From Candidatus Enteromonas sp. (GTDB lineage Bacteria; Bacillota_I; Bacilli_A; RFN20; CAG-826), in the NCBI GenBank assembly GCA_034089705.1, contig JAXDTZ010000022.1:12848-76847 (forward strand): a DNA stretch of 64,000 nucleotides, read 5' to 3'. The number at the start of each line of letters is the position of its first letter. Position 1 is the stretch's first letter. The translations under genes were made by a program, and so were the position numbers. The notes below the pieces were generated by a model. It searched no databases. It was not told the origin of the DNA and saw nothing but the letters and a program-made list of their open reading frames with translations. This document shows positions 49,670 through 59,156 of the stretch, piece after piece.

Positions 49670-51268
49670 ATGAAAACATCCTGGCTTTCCAAATTCCTTA
49701 TCTTCGTCTCGGCGCTAACCCTCTCCGGTTGCTCGATGATCAACATGTTCCCCGATCGCGCGGATCAGATTTCCGATGGAGTCGAAAGCGTTCCGCCCAG
49801 CGAACTCGACAAAGAAGAATCGGTCCTTCCGATTTCGTTAAGGCAAATCGGATTGACCACCCAATCGGACTACCTGCCTTCGAAAGGGGAGGTCAACCTC
49901 TTGGTTTTGCCCATCGAGTTCACCGATGCCCCCTTTTCCGCTCAAACGTTGAAGGACATCAACGTCGCCCTCAATGGCAAATCCTCGGAGACGGGATATT
50001 GGGAATCCGTATCCTCATTCTACGAAAAGAGTTCCTTTGGCCAACTCCATTTGACCTACACGATCGCCGATGTTTACGAGACGGGCAAAACCCAGCAACA
50101 AGTGTATAACGACTCCATTGCCGTGCTCCCTAGCGACAACGCCGCGAGCGTCATCGGGGACGCCTATATGGCATACATCGCCAAAAACGGGCAGATCTCT
50201 ACCCGCCAATACGACTCCGACCACAACGGCTGGATCGATGGGGTGGTGGCCATCTATTCGGGCAAGCACACCCAAAAAGGCAACCCTTCCGCCGCTTACG
50301 ACACCCAAGGCTACTATTGGGCCTATACCTATTGGACCCGCGGGGTCATCGATCCTTCCACGGGGGATTGCCCCGTTTGGACCAACCCGAACGTCAATTG
50401 CCCGACTCCGAACCTCTACGTTTGGCTTTCTTACGATTTCTTCTACGACGCGGTCAAATCCCCTCGGGTCGACGCCCATACCTTAATCCACGAAACCGGG
50501 CACATGTTCGGCCTCGATGACTACTATTCCCAAGACGGAACCGCCTACGCCGGATGCGCGGACATGATGGATTGCAACGTCGTGGATCATGACGTGTTTT
50601 CCAAAATGATCCTCGGTTGGATCACTCCCCACGTCGTGAGGAAAGAAGAAGAGGTCACGTTCTTGCCAAGCCAAAGCAACGGGGATTGTCTCTTGATTCC
50701 CGGGGAGGAATGGAACGGAACGCTTTACGACGAATACATCCTCGTGGAGCTTTACACCCCGACGGGACTCAATCAACTCGATTCCGAAATCCTCTATACC
50801 AACGGCATCCGCGGCTACACGATGCCCGGAATCAAGGTCTATCACATCGATGCCCGCTTGGTGGAGCAAACCTATTCCGTCCGCACCGGGAAGAGCACTT
50901 ACCAATACGTGAGGAACCCCAAGACCGACATCAAGTCGAATTCTTCTTCCGAAGCGTATGGGTATTACATCGCCGCGAGCAACTGCTACAAACGTTCTTG
51001 GAGCGCGAAAGGATATAGCGACAAGTATTCCCTCCTCCACATGATCCAAGCCCCGGGAGTGAACACCTTCGCCAAAGGAACTCCGGGGACCAACGTGGAT
51101 TTGTTCACCCGCGGATCCTTCGATATCCAATCCTACAAAGCCTTCTTCGTGAACCGGGACAGCGTCACCCGGAAAGCCGTCCTCAATAGCGGAAATGACG
51201 TGCCTTGGAAAATGTCCATCCGATCCGTCTCGGAGAAATCCGCTACGGTCGCGTTTAGTAATTTATGA
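49670..51268 (+). CDS. Secreted lipoprotein zinc metalloprotease (HExxH)
   Basis: Lipoprotein signal MKTSWLSKFLIFVSALTLSGC (lipobox LSGC). HETGHMFGLDDYY zincin motif. The start is uncertain: no clear SD, and the track begins at TTG 49562. The stop overlaps smpB (ATGA). Confidence 0.55.
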   Translation: MKTSWLSKFLIFVSALTLSGCSMINMFPDRADQISDGVESVPPSELDKEESVLPISLRQIGLTTQSDYLPSKGEVNLLVLPIEFTDAPFSAQTLKDINVALNGKSSETGYWESVSSFYEKSSFGQLHLTYTIADVYETGKTQQQVYNDSIAVLPSDNAASVIGDAYMAYIAKNGQISTRQYDSDHNGWIDGVVAIYSGKHTQKGNPSAAYDTQGYYWAYTYWTRGVIDPSTGDCPVWTNPNVNCPTPNLYVWLSYDFFYDAVKSPRVDAHTLIHETGHMFGLDDYYSQDGTAYAGCADMMDCNVVDHDVFSKMILGWITPHVVRKEEEVTFLPSQSNGDCLLIPGEEWNGTLYDEYILVELYTPTGLNQLDSEILYTNGIRGYTMPGIKVYHIDARLVEQTYSVRTGKSTYQYVRNPKTDIKSNSSSEAYGYYIAASNCYKRSWSAKGYSDKYSLLHMIQAPGVNTFAKGTPGTNVDLFTRGSFDIQSYKAFFVNRDSVTRKAVLNSGNDVPWKMSIRSVSEKSATVAFSNL

Positions 51269-51741
51269 GCAAAAAAAGCGATCAATCCGTCTTATTAGAA
51301 AACCGCAAAGCCCGGTTCTTGTATTTCCTCAGCGATTTCATGGTCGCGGGGATGGTGTTGACGGGCACCGAAATCAAGTCCTTGCGTTCAAGAAACGCTT
51401 CTTTGTCGGACAGTTACGTCTATCTCAAAAACGGAGAAGCCTTTTTGGCCAACATGCATATCTCGCCTTACAAAGACGGAACCATCTATAACGTGGATCC
51501 GCTTCGGGATCGAAAACTCCTTTTGACCCGCCAAGAGCTGAGGAAACTCGAACGTTCTCTCCAAGGAAGCGGAATGACGGTCGTGCCAACCAAGGTATTC
51601 CTTGAACGGGGATACGCGAAAATCGAAATCGCTTTGGCCAAAGGGAAGAAGGCACAAGACAAGCGCGACACCATCGCCGAACGCGATTCGAAAAAGCGCA
51701 TCGCCCGCGCTATCAAGGAAGGAAGGAAAGCCGAAGAATGA
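51265..51741 (+). CDS. smpB: SsrA-binding protein
   Basis: ENRKARFLYF...GMVLTGTEIKSLR is the canonical SmpB N-terminus. Basic C-terminal tail. Confidence 0.85.
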   Translation: MSKKSDQSVLLENRKARFLYFLSDFMVAGMVLTGTEIKSLRSRNASLSDSYVYLKNGEAFLANMHISPYKDGTIYNVDPLRDRKLLLTRQELRKLERSLQGSGMTVVPTKVFLERGYAKIEIALAKGKKAQDKRDTIAERDSKKRIARAIKEGRKAEE

Positions 51742-52955
51742 AAACCATCCAAGAGATCGCCGAATATTTGGCCTCGAAAAGCGACGACATCCGAAGCCCC
51801 CGCTTCCGTCATGCCCTCAAAAAAGCCAAATTAAGCATAGACGCCCCCACTGTTTTGGTGACGGGAAGCAACGGGAAAGGCTCTACGGCCTTCTATTTGA
51901 CCCTCTTGGGGAACCAGCGCTATCCCGGCAAAGTCGGCACTTTGTACAATTCCTATTTCGCCCTTCCGAACGAATCGATCTGCATCGGAGGGAAACCCGT
52001 GGGGGAAACCTCGTTCGAAGAAGCTTTCAACGCCCTCTTCCCCGTGTTTGAGAAAGAGGAATTGACCGCCTCGGAAATCCTCGTATGCCTCGCTTGTTAT
52101 CTGTTTCGAAAAGCCAAAACGGAGTTCGTCGTTTTGGAATGCTTTATGGGCGGGATCGACGATCCCTGCGTCGAAGTCGGCGCCCCCGTGATTCTTTCGA
52201 TCATCACCAACGTCGCCTTGGAACATACCGAGTACCTCGGCACGACCTTAAGCGAGATCGCCTATTCCTGCTCGGGGGTCATCGCCAAAAAAGTTCCCCT
52301 AATCGTCGGAAACTTGGATCCGGTTTCCGAGGACGCCCTGAAACTCATCTGCGCGAAAGCGAAAACCTCCATCACCCATTTGGATCGTCCTTATCTCCCT
52401 CACTTGGTCAACGGAGACACGTTCGTGTTTGACTATCCTCCGTATAAGGGGATCGCGATTTCCACGTTTGCTTCCTACCAAGTCCTCAATGCCTGCATGG
52501 CGCTGCAAGCCAACAAGATGCTCCCGGAACTCTCTTTGTCCGAAGCGGAAATCATCGAAGCCTTCCATGGCCATTCGTTGCCGGGAAGACTCGAAAGAAA
52601 AGGGAAGGTGGTGTTCGATTGCGCCTGCAATGGGGCGGCCGTGGACGCGCTTTGCCGCACGCTCCCAAGCGTCGGCCGTGGACGGCCCGTCCATGTGTTG
52701 TTCGCCACCAAGAACAGCGCCAACATCTCCGTCATGCTCTCTTCCCTCGACGATGCCGCCGCCACGGTGACGTTAACGAGCTTCCCCCATCCCGAAGCGA
52801 GGGATGAGATGGGGTATGCCCTCTACGTCGAGGACCACGATTATTTCCCCAATCCGATGATGGGGCTCGCGGATTTGCAAAGCAAATACCCGGAAGACAC
52901 CGTCCTCATCGCCGGAAGCCGAGAATTCGTCGCCTTCATGAGGGCTTTGTTATGA
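51738..52955 (+). CDS. folC: Mur-ligase family protein, folylpolyglutamate synthase/dihydrofolate synthase-like
   Basis: P-loop VTGSNGKGST. Mur ligase middle and C-terminal domains. ATGA overlap with smpB. Confidence 0.7.
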   Translation: MKTIQEIAEYLASKSDDIRSPRFRHALKKAKLSIDAPTVLVTGSNGKGSTAFYLTLLGNQRYPGKVGTLYNSYFALPNESICIGGKPVGETSFEEAFNALFPVFEKEELTASEILVCLACYLFRKAKTEFVVLECFMGGIDDPCVEVGAPVILSIITNVALEHTEYLGTTLSEIAYSCSGVIAKKVPLIVGNLDPVSEDALKLICAKAKTSITHLDRPYLPHLVNGDTFVFDYPPYKGIAISTFASYQVLNACMALQANKMLPELSLSEAEIIEAFHGHSLPGRLERKGKVVFDCACNGAAVDALCRTLPSVGRGRPVHVLFATKNSANISVMLSSLDDAAATVTLTSFPHPEARDEMGYALYVEDHDYFPNPMMGLADLQSKYPEDTVLIAGSREFVAFMRALL

Positions 52956-53116
52956 AGAAAAACGACGAACCGAAGATTGACGAGAGCCAATTGACCGAAG
53001 CCCAAAAAGAGGAGTTGCGTTATAGCCATTTCTCTTGGCCGACCGCCATCTTCTTCGGGGTTCTCGTTTTGCTCATCGTCGTGCTTTCCATCGTCGCCTC
53101 CTGCATCCCCGTATAA
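52952..53116 (+). CDS. Small single-TM membrane protein (54 aa), translationally coupled to folC
   Basis: ATGA overlap with the folC stop. MKKNDEPKIDESQLTEAQKEELRYSHFSWPTAIFFGVLVLLIVVLSIVASCIPV. Below the 60-aa cut-off of the ORF track. Confidence 0.35.
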   Translation: MKKNDEPKIDESQLTEAQKEELRYSHFSWPTAIFFGVLVLLIVVLSIVASCIPV

Positions 53117-53234
53117 TTTTTTCTTGGCCTAGAACGGGTGCTTTTCGCCCTTTCTCTTACACTGTCTAGGGGTGCCATCTTGTCCCCTTTCTTCCATTGT
53201 TTAAAATGGTGTCGTTTTGGGGAGGGTCAGCCAC

Positions 53235-53390
53235 ATGGACCATCACGAGAAGAAAATATCCGTCGAAGATTACGATGCCTATTTCGAGCTCGCCCTCTCT
53301 TCCGCCAACCACGCGCTCGTCAACGGCGCTTTGGAAGAGCAAAGCGTCCAAGAACCGAAAGAACCCATTCCCTCGGAACGGATTTCCTGA
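53235..53390 (+). CDS. Candidate small acidic protein (51 aa) with strong RBS
   Basis: GGGGAGGG 7 nt before the ATG. MDHHEKKISVEDYDAYFELALSSANHALVNGALEEQSVQEPKEPIPSERIS. Followed by two hairpins (53396-53420, 53432-53455). Confidence 0.3.
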   Translation: MDHHEKKISVEDYDAYFELALSSANHALVNGALEEQSVQEPKEPIPSERIS

Positions 53391-53468
53391 TCCTAGAATG
53401 CCTTCAAGGCATTTTTGTTTTGAAATTAAGCACCCCATGGGTGCGTTTTCGCTTATAATAGAGCCGTT

Positions 53469-55115
53469 ATGAGCAAGACACCATTTTGGACCCATGCGGT
53501 GGTCTATCAAATTTATCCGCGTTCTTTTTGCGATTCCAACGGGGATGGCATCGGGGACATTCCCGGCATCATATCCAAACTCGATTACCTGAAAGAACTC
53601 GGAGTCGACATCCTTTGGCTGTCCCCCATTTACAAAAGCCCCCAATTCGACCTTGGTTACGACGTCGCGGATTATTACGCGATCAATCCCGAATACGGGA
53701 CGATGGAAGACTTCGATCGCTTGATCGCCGAAGCCAAACAAAGGGGCATCCGCATCGTGATGGACTTGGTCGCCAACCACACTTCCAGCGAGCATGAATG
53801 GTTCCAAAAATCCAAGGACCGCAACAGCCCCTACCACGATTACTACGTTTGGAAGGACGGAAAAGGGAAAGACGGGAAAGAACCGCCCAACAATTGGACG
53901 AGCAATTTCACCGGGCCCGCATGGACTTACGTTCCCGAGGTCGGTCAATGGTATCTCCACATCTTCGCCCCGGAGCAACCCGATTTGAACTGGCACAACC
54001 CCCAGATTTTAAAAGAGGTCGAAGCCATCATTCGGTTTTATCTCGATAAAGGGGTCTATGGATTCCGGTGCGATGTCATTAACCAGATTTGGAAAGACAG
54101 CTACGAGGATTCATCTTCCCATACCCCGCTTGCCCGGGGGAATGAGTTCTACCTCATGAAAGAAGGGAACCATCGGATGCTTCGGGCCATCTACGATGAC
54201 GTGCTTTCCCATTACGACGACTTCGTCATGATCGGGGAAACCTACAACGTGGATTTGCCCAACGGGAAACGCTTCCAGGACAACCAAGAACTCACCATGT
54301 TCTTCCAATTCGAACTGGCCAACGTCCGAAACTCCTCCCTTCCCATCCTCCAAAAGCCTTTCTCCGCGAAAAAGTTCAAGGAAGTCGCTTTCAAATGGCA
54401 GAAGGAAATCTCTTGGCCGACCAACTATTTGGAGAACCACGACCAACGGCGTTCCCTCAATAAGTTCGGGGACGTGAAACGGTTTTATCAACAATCCGCG
54501 AAAGCCTTGGCCCTGTTCAATTTGACCCTTCGCGGCACCCCCTTCATTTACCAAGGGGAAGAAATCGGCATGACGGATTTGCCCTTGATGAATCCCGAAG
54601 AATCGAAGGACGTATCCGCCCTTTCCACCGATCGCCTCATGAAACGCATGGGCCTTCCGAAGTTCTTACGGAAACGCTTCATCCACAATTTCAACCGCGA
54701 CCACGCCCGAACCCCCATGCAATGGGACGACTCCGTCAGCGCCGGTTTCTCTTCTTCCCCCTCGACTTGGATTCGCCTCCATCCCGACTATGCAAGCTGC
54801 AACGTCAAACTCGAAGAAAAGGACCCCGATTCGATTCTTCATTTCTACCAAACGGTTCTTTCTTACCGCAAGGGTTCCTTGCCATTAAGCGAAGGAACCT
54901 TCCGGGAAATCCCAACAAAAGGGAACCTCATCGCCTTCGTCCGAACCGCGAACCAAAAACAAGTCCTCGTTCTCATCAACCTCGGGAAGAAAAAGACGAA
55001 ACTCCCCGTTTCCCTGCAAAACATCCTGGGGAAGGTGGTCATCTCCACGCATCCCCAGCCCAATGACCCCAAGATTCTTCTCCCCTATGAAGGGCGATTA
55101 ATTGAACTTGAGTAA
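53469..55115 (+). CDS. GH13 oligo-1,6-glucosidase / alpha-glucosidase
   Basis: GH13 conserved regions DLVANH, GFRCDVIN, GEE (catalytic), and NHDQ. Confidence 0.85.
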   Translation: MSKTPFWTHAVVYQIYPRSFCDSNGDGIGDIPGIISKLDYLKELGVDILWLSPIYKSPQFDLGYDVADYYAINPEYGTMEDFDRLIAEAKQRGIRIVMDLVANHTSSEHEWFQKSKDRNSPYHDYYVWKDGKGKDGKEPPNNWTSNFTGPAWTYVPEVGQWYLHIFAPEQPDLNWHNPQILKEVEAIIRFYLDKGVYGFRCDVINQIWKDSYEDSSSHTPLARGNEFYLMKEGNHRMLRAIYDDVLSHYDDFVMIGETYNVDLPNGKRFQDNQELTMFFQFELANVRNSSLPILQKPFSAKKFKEVAFKWQKEISWPTNYLENHDQRRSLNKFGDVKRFYQQSAKALALFNLTLRGTPFIYQGEEIGMTDLPLMNPEESKDVSALSTDRLMKRMGLPKFLRKRFIHNFNRDHARTPMQWDDSVSAGFSSSPSTWIRLHPDYASCNVKLEEKDPDSILHFYQTVLSYRKGSLPLSEGTFREIPTKGNLIAFVRTANQKQVLVLINLGKKKTKLPVSLQNILGKVVISTHPQPNDPKILLPYEGRLIELE

Positions 55116-55154
55116 TCACGCGTGTAAGATATGCGCGCACAGGAGAAACATTCT

Positions 55155-55643
55155 ATGGCGAGCGAATTACCACGTACCGACAACCTCAAATGGGACGAAT
55201 ATTTCATGGGCCTAGCCAAACTCAGCGCCCTTCGTTCCAAAGATCCGTCCACCCAAGTGGGCGCTTGCATCGTGGACGGCGACCATAAAGTGGTCTCCAT
55301 CGGCTACAACGGCATGCCACGGGGCGTCGACGACGAAGCCATCCCTTGGGGGCACGGAGAAGGATTGGACTCGAAATACCTTTACGTTTGCCACGCGGAA
55401 TTCAACGCGATTTTGAACACCCGCGATGGCAGCGCCCTCCAAGGCTGCACCATCTACGTGACCTTGTTCCCTTGCAACGAATGCGCGAAAGCCATCGTCC
55501 AAACCGGAATCAAGGAAGTGATCTTCGCCGACGACAAATACCATGATTCGGTGGAAAGCACCGCTTCCCGCCGGATTCTCGAACTCGCCGGGGTTCGTTA
55601 CCGCCGCTACAAAGGCCGAGACGTGGAGATTGTGATTTCGTGA
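55155..55643 (+). CDS. comEB: dCMP deaminase (ComEB-like)
   Basis: HAEFNAI and PCNECAK zinc-binding CDA motifs. AGGAG RBS before ATG 55155. Confidence 0.8.
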   Translation: MASELPRTDNLKWDEYFMGLAKLSALRSKDPSTQVGACIVDGDHKVVSIGYNGMPRGVDDEAIPWGHGEGLDSKYLYVCHAEFNAILNTRDGSALQGCTIYVTLFPCNECAKAIVQTGIKEVIFADDKYHDSVESTASRRILELAGVRYRRYKGRDVEIVIS

Positions 55644-55867
55644 GACACACCCCAATTTACCGAATCGCTGTCATTTTGCTTTGCTATGCCATAGTGGGCC
55701 TTTTCGTTTTCGTTCCACTAGCCCAAGACCCGAATAAGAATCCCGTTGTCCTCATTGTGGTCGGTAGCGTCTTCTTCCTGGCTTTTTTGGCCACCGTCAT
55801 CGTGGAAGAAGTCATTCGGGCCCGAAAAAAGAAAGCCCAAACGAAGGAGGAGGAGCCCCATGAATGA
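55640..55867 (+). CDS. Small 2-TM membrane protein (75 aa), GTG start coupled to the comEB stop
   Basis: GTGA overlap with comEB. Two hydrophobic helices and a basic/acidic tail. The 3' end overlaps the ecfA1 start by 8 nt. Confidence 0.4.
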   Translation: MRHTPIYRIAVILLCYAIVGLFVFVPLAQDPNKNPVVLIVVGSVFFLAFLATVIVEEVIRARKKKAQTKEEEPHE

Positions 55868-56684
55868 GCCGATCCTCCAAGTGGAAAACTTGTCGTATGC
55901 GTACGAAGAAGGGCAGAATGTCCTAAACGGGGTTTCCTTTTCCGTAAATCAAGGGAGTTATGTCTGCGTCATCGGGCATAACGGCTCGGGCAAATCCACC
56001 TTGGCCAAATGCATCATCGGTTTGATGGCGGGAGTTCACGGGAACATCTCCTTGTTTGGCCAACCCTTGAACAAGAAAAGCGTTTATTCCCTCCGATCTC
56101 GGGTGGGAATCGTCTTCCAAAACCCGGACAACCAATTCGTCGGTTCCACCGTCGCGGACGACATCGCTTTTGGATTAGAGAACCGTCGCATCCCTTCTGA
56201 GGAGATGGATGGCATCATCCGACGTTTCGCCGAAGAAGCGGGGATGGGGGAATTCCTGAACCACGAACCCCAGATGTTAAGTGGAGGGCAAAAGCAACGC
56301 GTCGCGATCGCCGGGGTCTTGGCGATGAATCCAGACCTGATTATTTTCGATGAAGCCACATCGATGCTAGATCCCAAAGGGAAACGCGAGATTTCCGCGT
56401 TGGTTTCCAAGATGCGGAAAGACAATCCCTCCCTGACCCTCCTTTCCATCACCCATGACGTGGAAGAAGCCGCGGAAGCCGACCAAGTCATCGTCCTCGA
56501 AGAAGGCAAGGTCTTGTTCTCGGGCACCCCCAACGAAGTGTTCGCGAACGAAGACGCCCTCCGTTCCATCCATTTGGGCGTCCCTTTTGTCTACGCGTTA
56601 AAGGCCCGGTTGAAGGAAAGAGGAATCGACGTCCCCCTGGAAATCACCAAAATCGAAGAATTGGAGGATTATTTATGCCGATAA
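55860..56684 (+). CDS. ecfA1: ECF transporter energy-coupling ATPase EcfA1
   Basis: Walker A GHNGSGKST, signature LSGGQKQRVAIA, Walker B IIFDEATS. RBS GAAGGAGGAGG. The track extends to 55746. Confidence 0.85.
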   Translation: MNEPILQVENLSYAYEEGQNVLNGVSFSVNQGSYVCVIGHNGSGKSTLAKCIIGLMAGVHGNISLFGQPLNKKSVYSLRSRVGIVFQNPDNQFVGSTVADDIAFGLENRRIPSEEMDGIIRRFAEEAGMGEFLNHEPQMLSGGQKQRVAIAGVLAMNPDLIIFDEATSMLDPKGKREISALVSKMRKDNPSLTLLSITHDVEEAAEADQVIVLEEGKVLFSGTPNEVFANEDALRSIHLGVPFVYALKARLKERGIDVPLEITKIEELEDYLCR

Positions 56685-57532
56685 TCTTCCGCGACGTTTC
56701 CTATTCCTACAACCCCAAAACCCCGTTGGAGCATTTGGCGATTTCCCATTTGAATTTCGAAATCCAAAAAGGCTCTTTCACCGCGATCGTGGGTCGCACG
56801 GGATGCGGGAAATCCACCTTGGTCCAACAGATCAACGCCTTGTTCCATCCGACCTCGGGAGAGGTGGAAGTAGATGGGTTCCTCAATTCTTCCGAAAAGA
56901 AAAAACGTTCCAAGAACGCCAAAGAACTCCGTCGACGCGTGGGACTCGTGTTCCAATTCCCCGAATATCAACTCTTCGAAGAAACCGTCGAAAAAGATGT
57001 CGCGTTCGGACCGAAAAACTTCGGAGTCACCCCAGAAAAAGCCCTCCAAAAAGCCCACGAAGCCCTTCAAAAAGTGGGACTTGGCGAAGAATTCTACGAA
57101 CGTTCCCCGTTTGAACTCTCCGGGGGAGAAAAACGCCGGGTGGCCATCGCGGGCATCATCGCCTATTCCCCCGAATATTTGGTGATCGACGAACCGACCG
57201 CGGGACTCGATCCCAAGGGGGCGGAAGAAATGATGGACCTATTCCAAAAGATCCATGAGCAAGGCACCACGGTGATCCTCGTTACCCATGACATGAATTT
57301 GGTCCTCCGTTATTGCGACCGGGTGCTCGTGCTCGAAGAAGGAAAACTCGTGGAAGACGACGAACCCCGCGCCTTCTTCCAAAAAGACATCGAAAAGTAT
57401 TCCTTGGAAACCCCGATGCTTTACCGTTTCATCGCCGAAACCAAAGAGAAGGGTTTGCTTTTGGACACTTCCCGCATCGTGGACATCGATTCGCTAGCGG
57501 ACGCCATTATGAAAGCGAGGGAAGGCCGATGA
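56675..57532 (+). CDS. ecfA2: ECF transporter energy-coupling ATPase EcfA2
   Basis: Walker A GRTGCGKST, signature LSGGEKRRVAIA, Walker B LVIDEPTA. Confidence 0.85.
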   Translation: MPIIFRDVSYSYNPKTPLEHLAISHLNFEIQKGSFTAIVGRTGCGKSTLVQQINALFHPTSGEVEVDGFLNSSEKKKRSKNAKELRRRVGLVFQFPEYQLFEETVEKDVAFGPKNFGVTPEKALQKAHEALQKVGLGEEFYERSPFELSGGEKRRVAIAGIIAYSPEYLVIDEPTAGLDPKGAEEMMDLFQKIHEQGTTVILVTHDMNLVLRYCDRVLVLEEGKLVEDDEPRAFFQKDIEKYSLETPMLYRFIAETKEKGLLLDTSRIVDIDSLADAIMKAREGR

Positions 57533-58389
57533 AATCCTTCGCCTTGGGGAGATACGTCCCATACAACACCTGGATCCATCGCCTAGATCCGAGGCTCAAA
57601 ATCCTCGCCACCATCTTGCTCATGGTGTGTGTTTTCCTCAATTATTCCACCTGGAGCATGCGGTACTTCATGATGGGGACGCTTTTCCTGATCATTACGG
57701 TTCTTTTGTTCCTCGCCCGAATCACCTTATCCCACTTGTTCGCAAGCCTCCGTCACCTCTGGTTCATGGTGATATTCCTTCTCATCATTTATCTTTTCAT
57801 GCCCAACGGGAACCACGTCCTTCCGATCGCCTGGAACCTTAATGGCTGGATTGTGTATTGGGATTCCTTCGCGGAGGCGGGCAGGATCCTTCTTCGCCTC
57901 GTCATGATGATGGAACTCACGTTGGTGTTGACCGCGACCACCAAACCCTTGGATTTGACCTATGCCCTAGAATGGTACCTTTCCCCGCTCAAACCCTTGC
58001 ATTTCCCCGCGAACGAAGTGGCCATGACCATCTCCATCGCCATCCGATTCATTCCCACCTTGATGGAAGATGCCTCCCGCGTCATGAAAGCCCAATCTTC
58101 CCGTGGGGTCGATTTCGAACACGGGAGCATTTGGAAACGCATCATGGGGGTTTCGTCTTTGGTGATCCCCTTATTCGTATCGAGTTTCATGCGTTCGGAA
58201 GAACTCGCCAACGCGATGGAATGCCGAGGCTATGATCCGGGACAAAAGAGAACCCGTTACCACGTTTTGAAGTTCGGTTGGATGGATCTATTGGCGTTCC
58301 TTCTCTCCGCGGGATTGCTCGGAGGATGCATCACCTTGGCCGCGATGCAAGTGGATTTGTTCGCGCTCATTGGGGTGGTTGCCCCATGA
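57529..58389 (+). CDS. ecfT: ECF transporter transmembrane component EcfT
   Basis: 5-6 TM protein. ATGA overlap with ecfA2. The track ORF has a spurious 72-codon Arg-rich extension. Confidence 0.85.
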   Translation: MKSFALGRYVPYNTWIHRLDPRLKILATILLMVCVFLNYSTWSMRYFMMGTLFLIITVLLFLARITLSHLFASLRHLWFMVIFLLIIYLFMPNGNHVLPIAWNLNGWIVYWDSFAEAGRILLRLVMMMELTLVLTATTKPLDLTYALEWYLSPLKPLHFPANEVAMTISIAIRFIPTLMEDASRVMKAQSSRGVDFEHGSIWKRIMGVSSLVIPLFVSSFMRSEELANAMECRGYDPGQKRTRYHVLKFGWMDLLAFLLSAGLLGGCITLAAMQVDLFALIGVVAP

Positions 58390-59156
58390 AATACGCGGGG
58401 GTCGTCGCTTATTGCGGGGCCGCTTACCATGGGTTAGAACGGCAACCCAATCTCCCCACCGTTCAAGGGGAAATCGAAACCCAGCTTTCGTTTTTATGCG
58501 GGGAGGCCATCTCCATCAAGGTATCCGGAAGAACAGACGCCGGAGTTTCGGCTCTTCGACAGATCATTTCTTTCGTTCCTTCGAAGGAGATTTCCGACCT
58601 CAAAGCCTTTGTCTTTGCGCTCAACCGCCTTCTTCCCCGCGACATCGAGTTTTTGAAAATCGTCCCGATCGGAGAAGAGTTCGATCCCCGGCATTCTTGC
58701 GATGGAAAGCGATACGAATACCGTTTCTCCTATGGTTCGAAATGCCCGTTTTCCACCCATGTTCTCGCCTATTTTGGGAATCGAGACGACTTTGACGCGA
58801 AACGATTCCAAGAGGCCATCGCCTGTTTTGAAGGGGAACATTGGTTCGCCAATTTCACCACCAAGGAAGAGGACAAGGATGGTTTTATCCGAAACGTCCA
58901 TATCGAATGCTGCCAAATCGACGAAGAGCAGCGCCTTGGGGTGGTCCGCTTCTCCGGGAACGGATTCATGACCTACATGGTTCGCTTTTTAGTGGGGGCG
59001 GCCTTCAAAGCGGCCCTTCATAAAATCGACTTGGAATTTATAAAAAATCGTCTTCTTCCCGGGAAACGCCAAATCGTCTCTTTCAAAGCTCCCCCAGAAG
59101 GATTAACGTTAATCGAGGTGCTGTACCATGAACCCTATCAAAGCCAACTATCATAG
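58386..59156 (+). CDS. truA: tRNA pseudouridine(38-40) synthase
   Basis: Catalytic-Asp region GRTDAGVSA. Conserved ecfAAT-truA gene order. ATGA overlap with ecfT. Confidence 0.85.
   Translation: MKYAGVVAYCGAAYHGLERQPNLPTVQGEIETQLSFLCGEAISIKVSGRTDAGVSALRQIISFVPSKEISDLKAFVFALNRLLPRDIEFLKIVPIGEEFDPRHSCDGKRYEYRFSYGSKCPFSTHVLAYFGNRDDFDAKRFQEAIACFEGEHWFANFTTKEEDKDGFIRNVHIECCQIDEEQRLGVVRFSGNGFMTYMVRFLVGAAFKAALHKIDLEFIKNRLLPGKRQIVSFKAPPEGLTLIEVLYHEPYQSQLS

Noticed and set aside
53197-53472. 91-aa ORF from the track
   Set aside because: It has no RBS and a Ser/Pro/Thr-rich junk composition. It is out of frame with the better-supported 51-aa ORF and overlaps two terminator-like hairpins.
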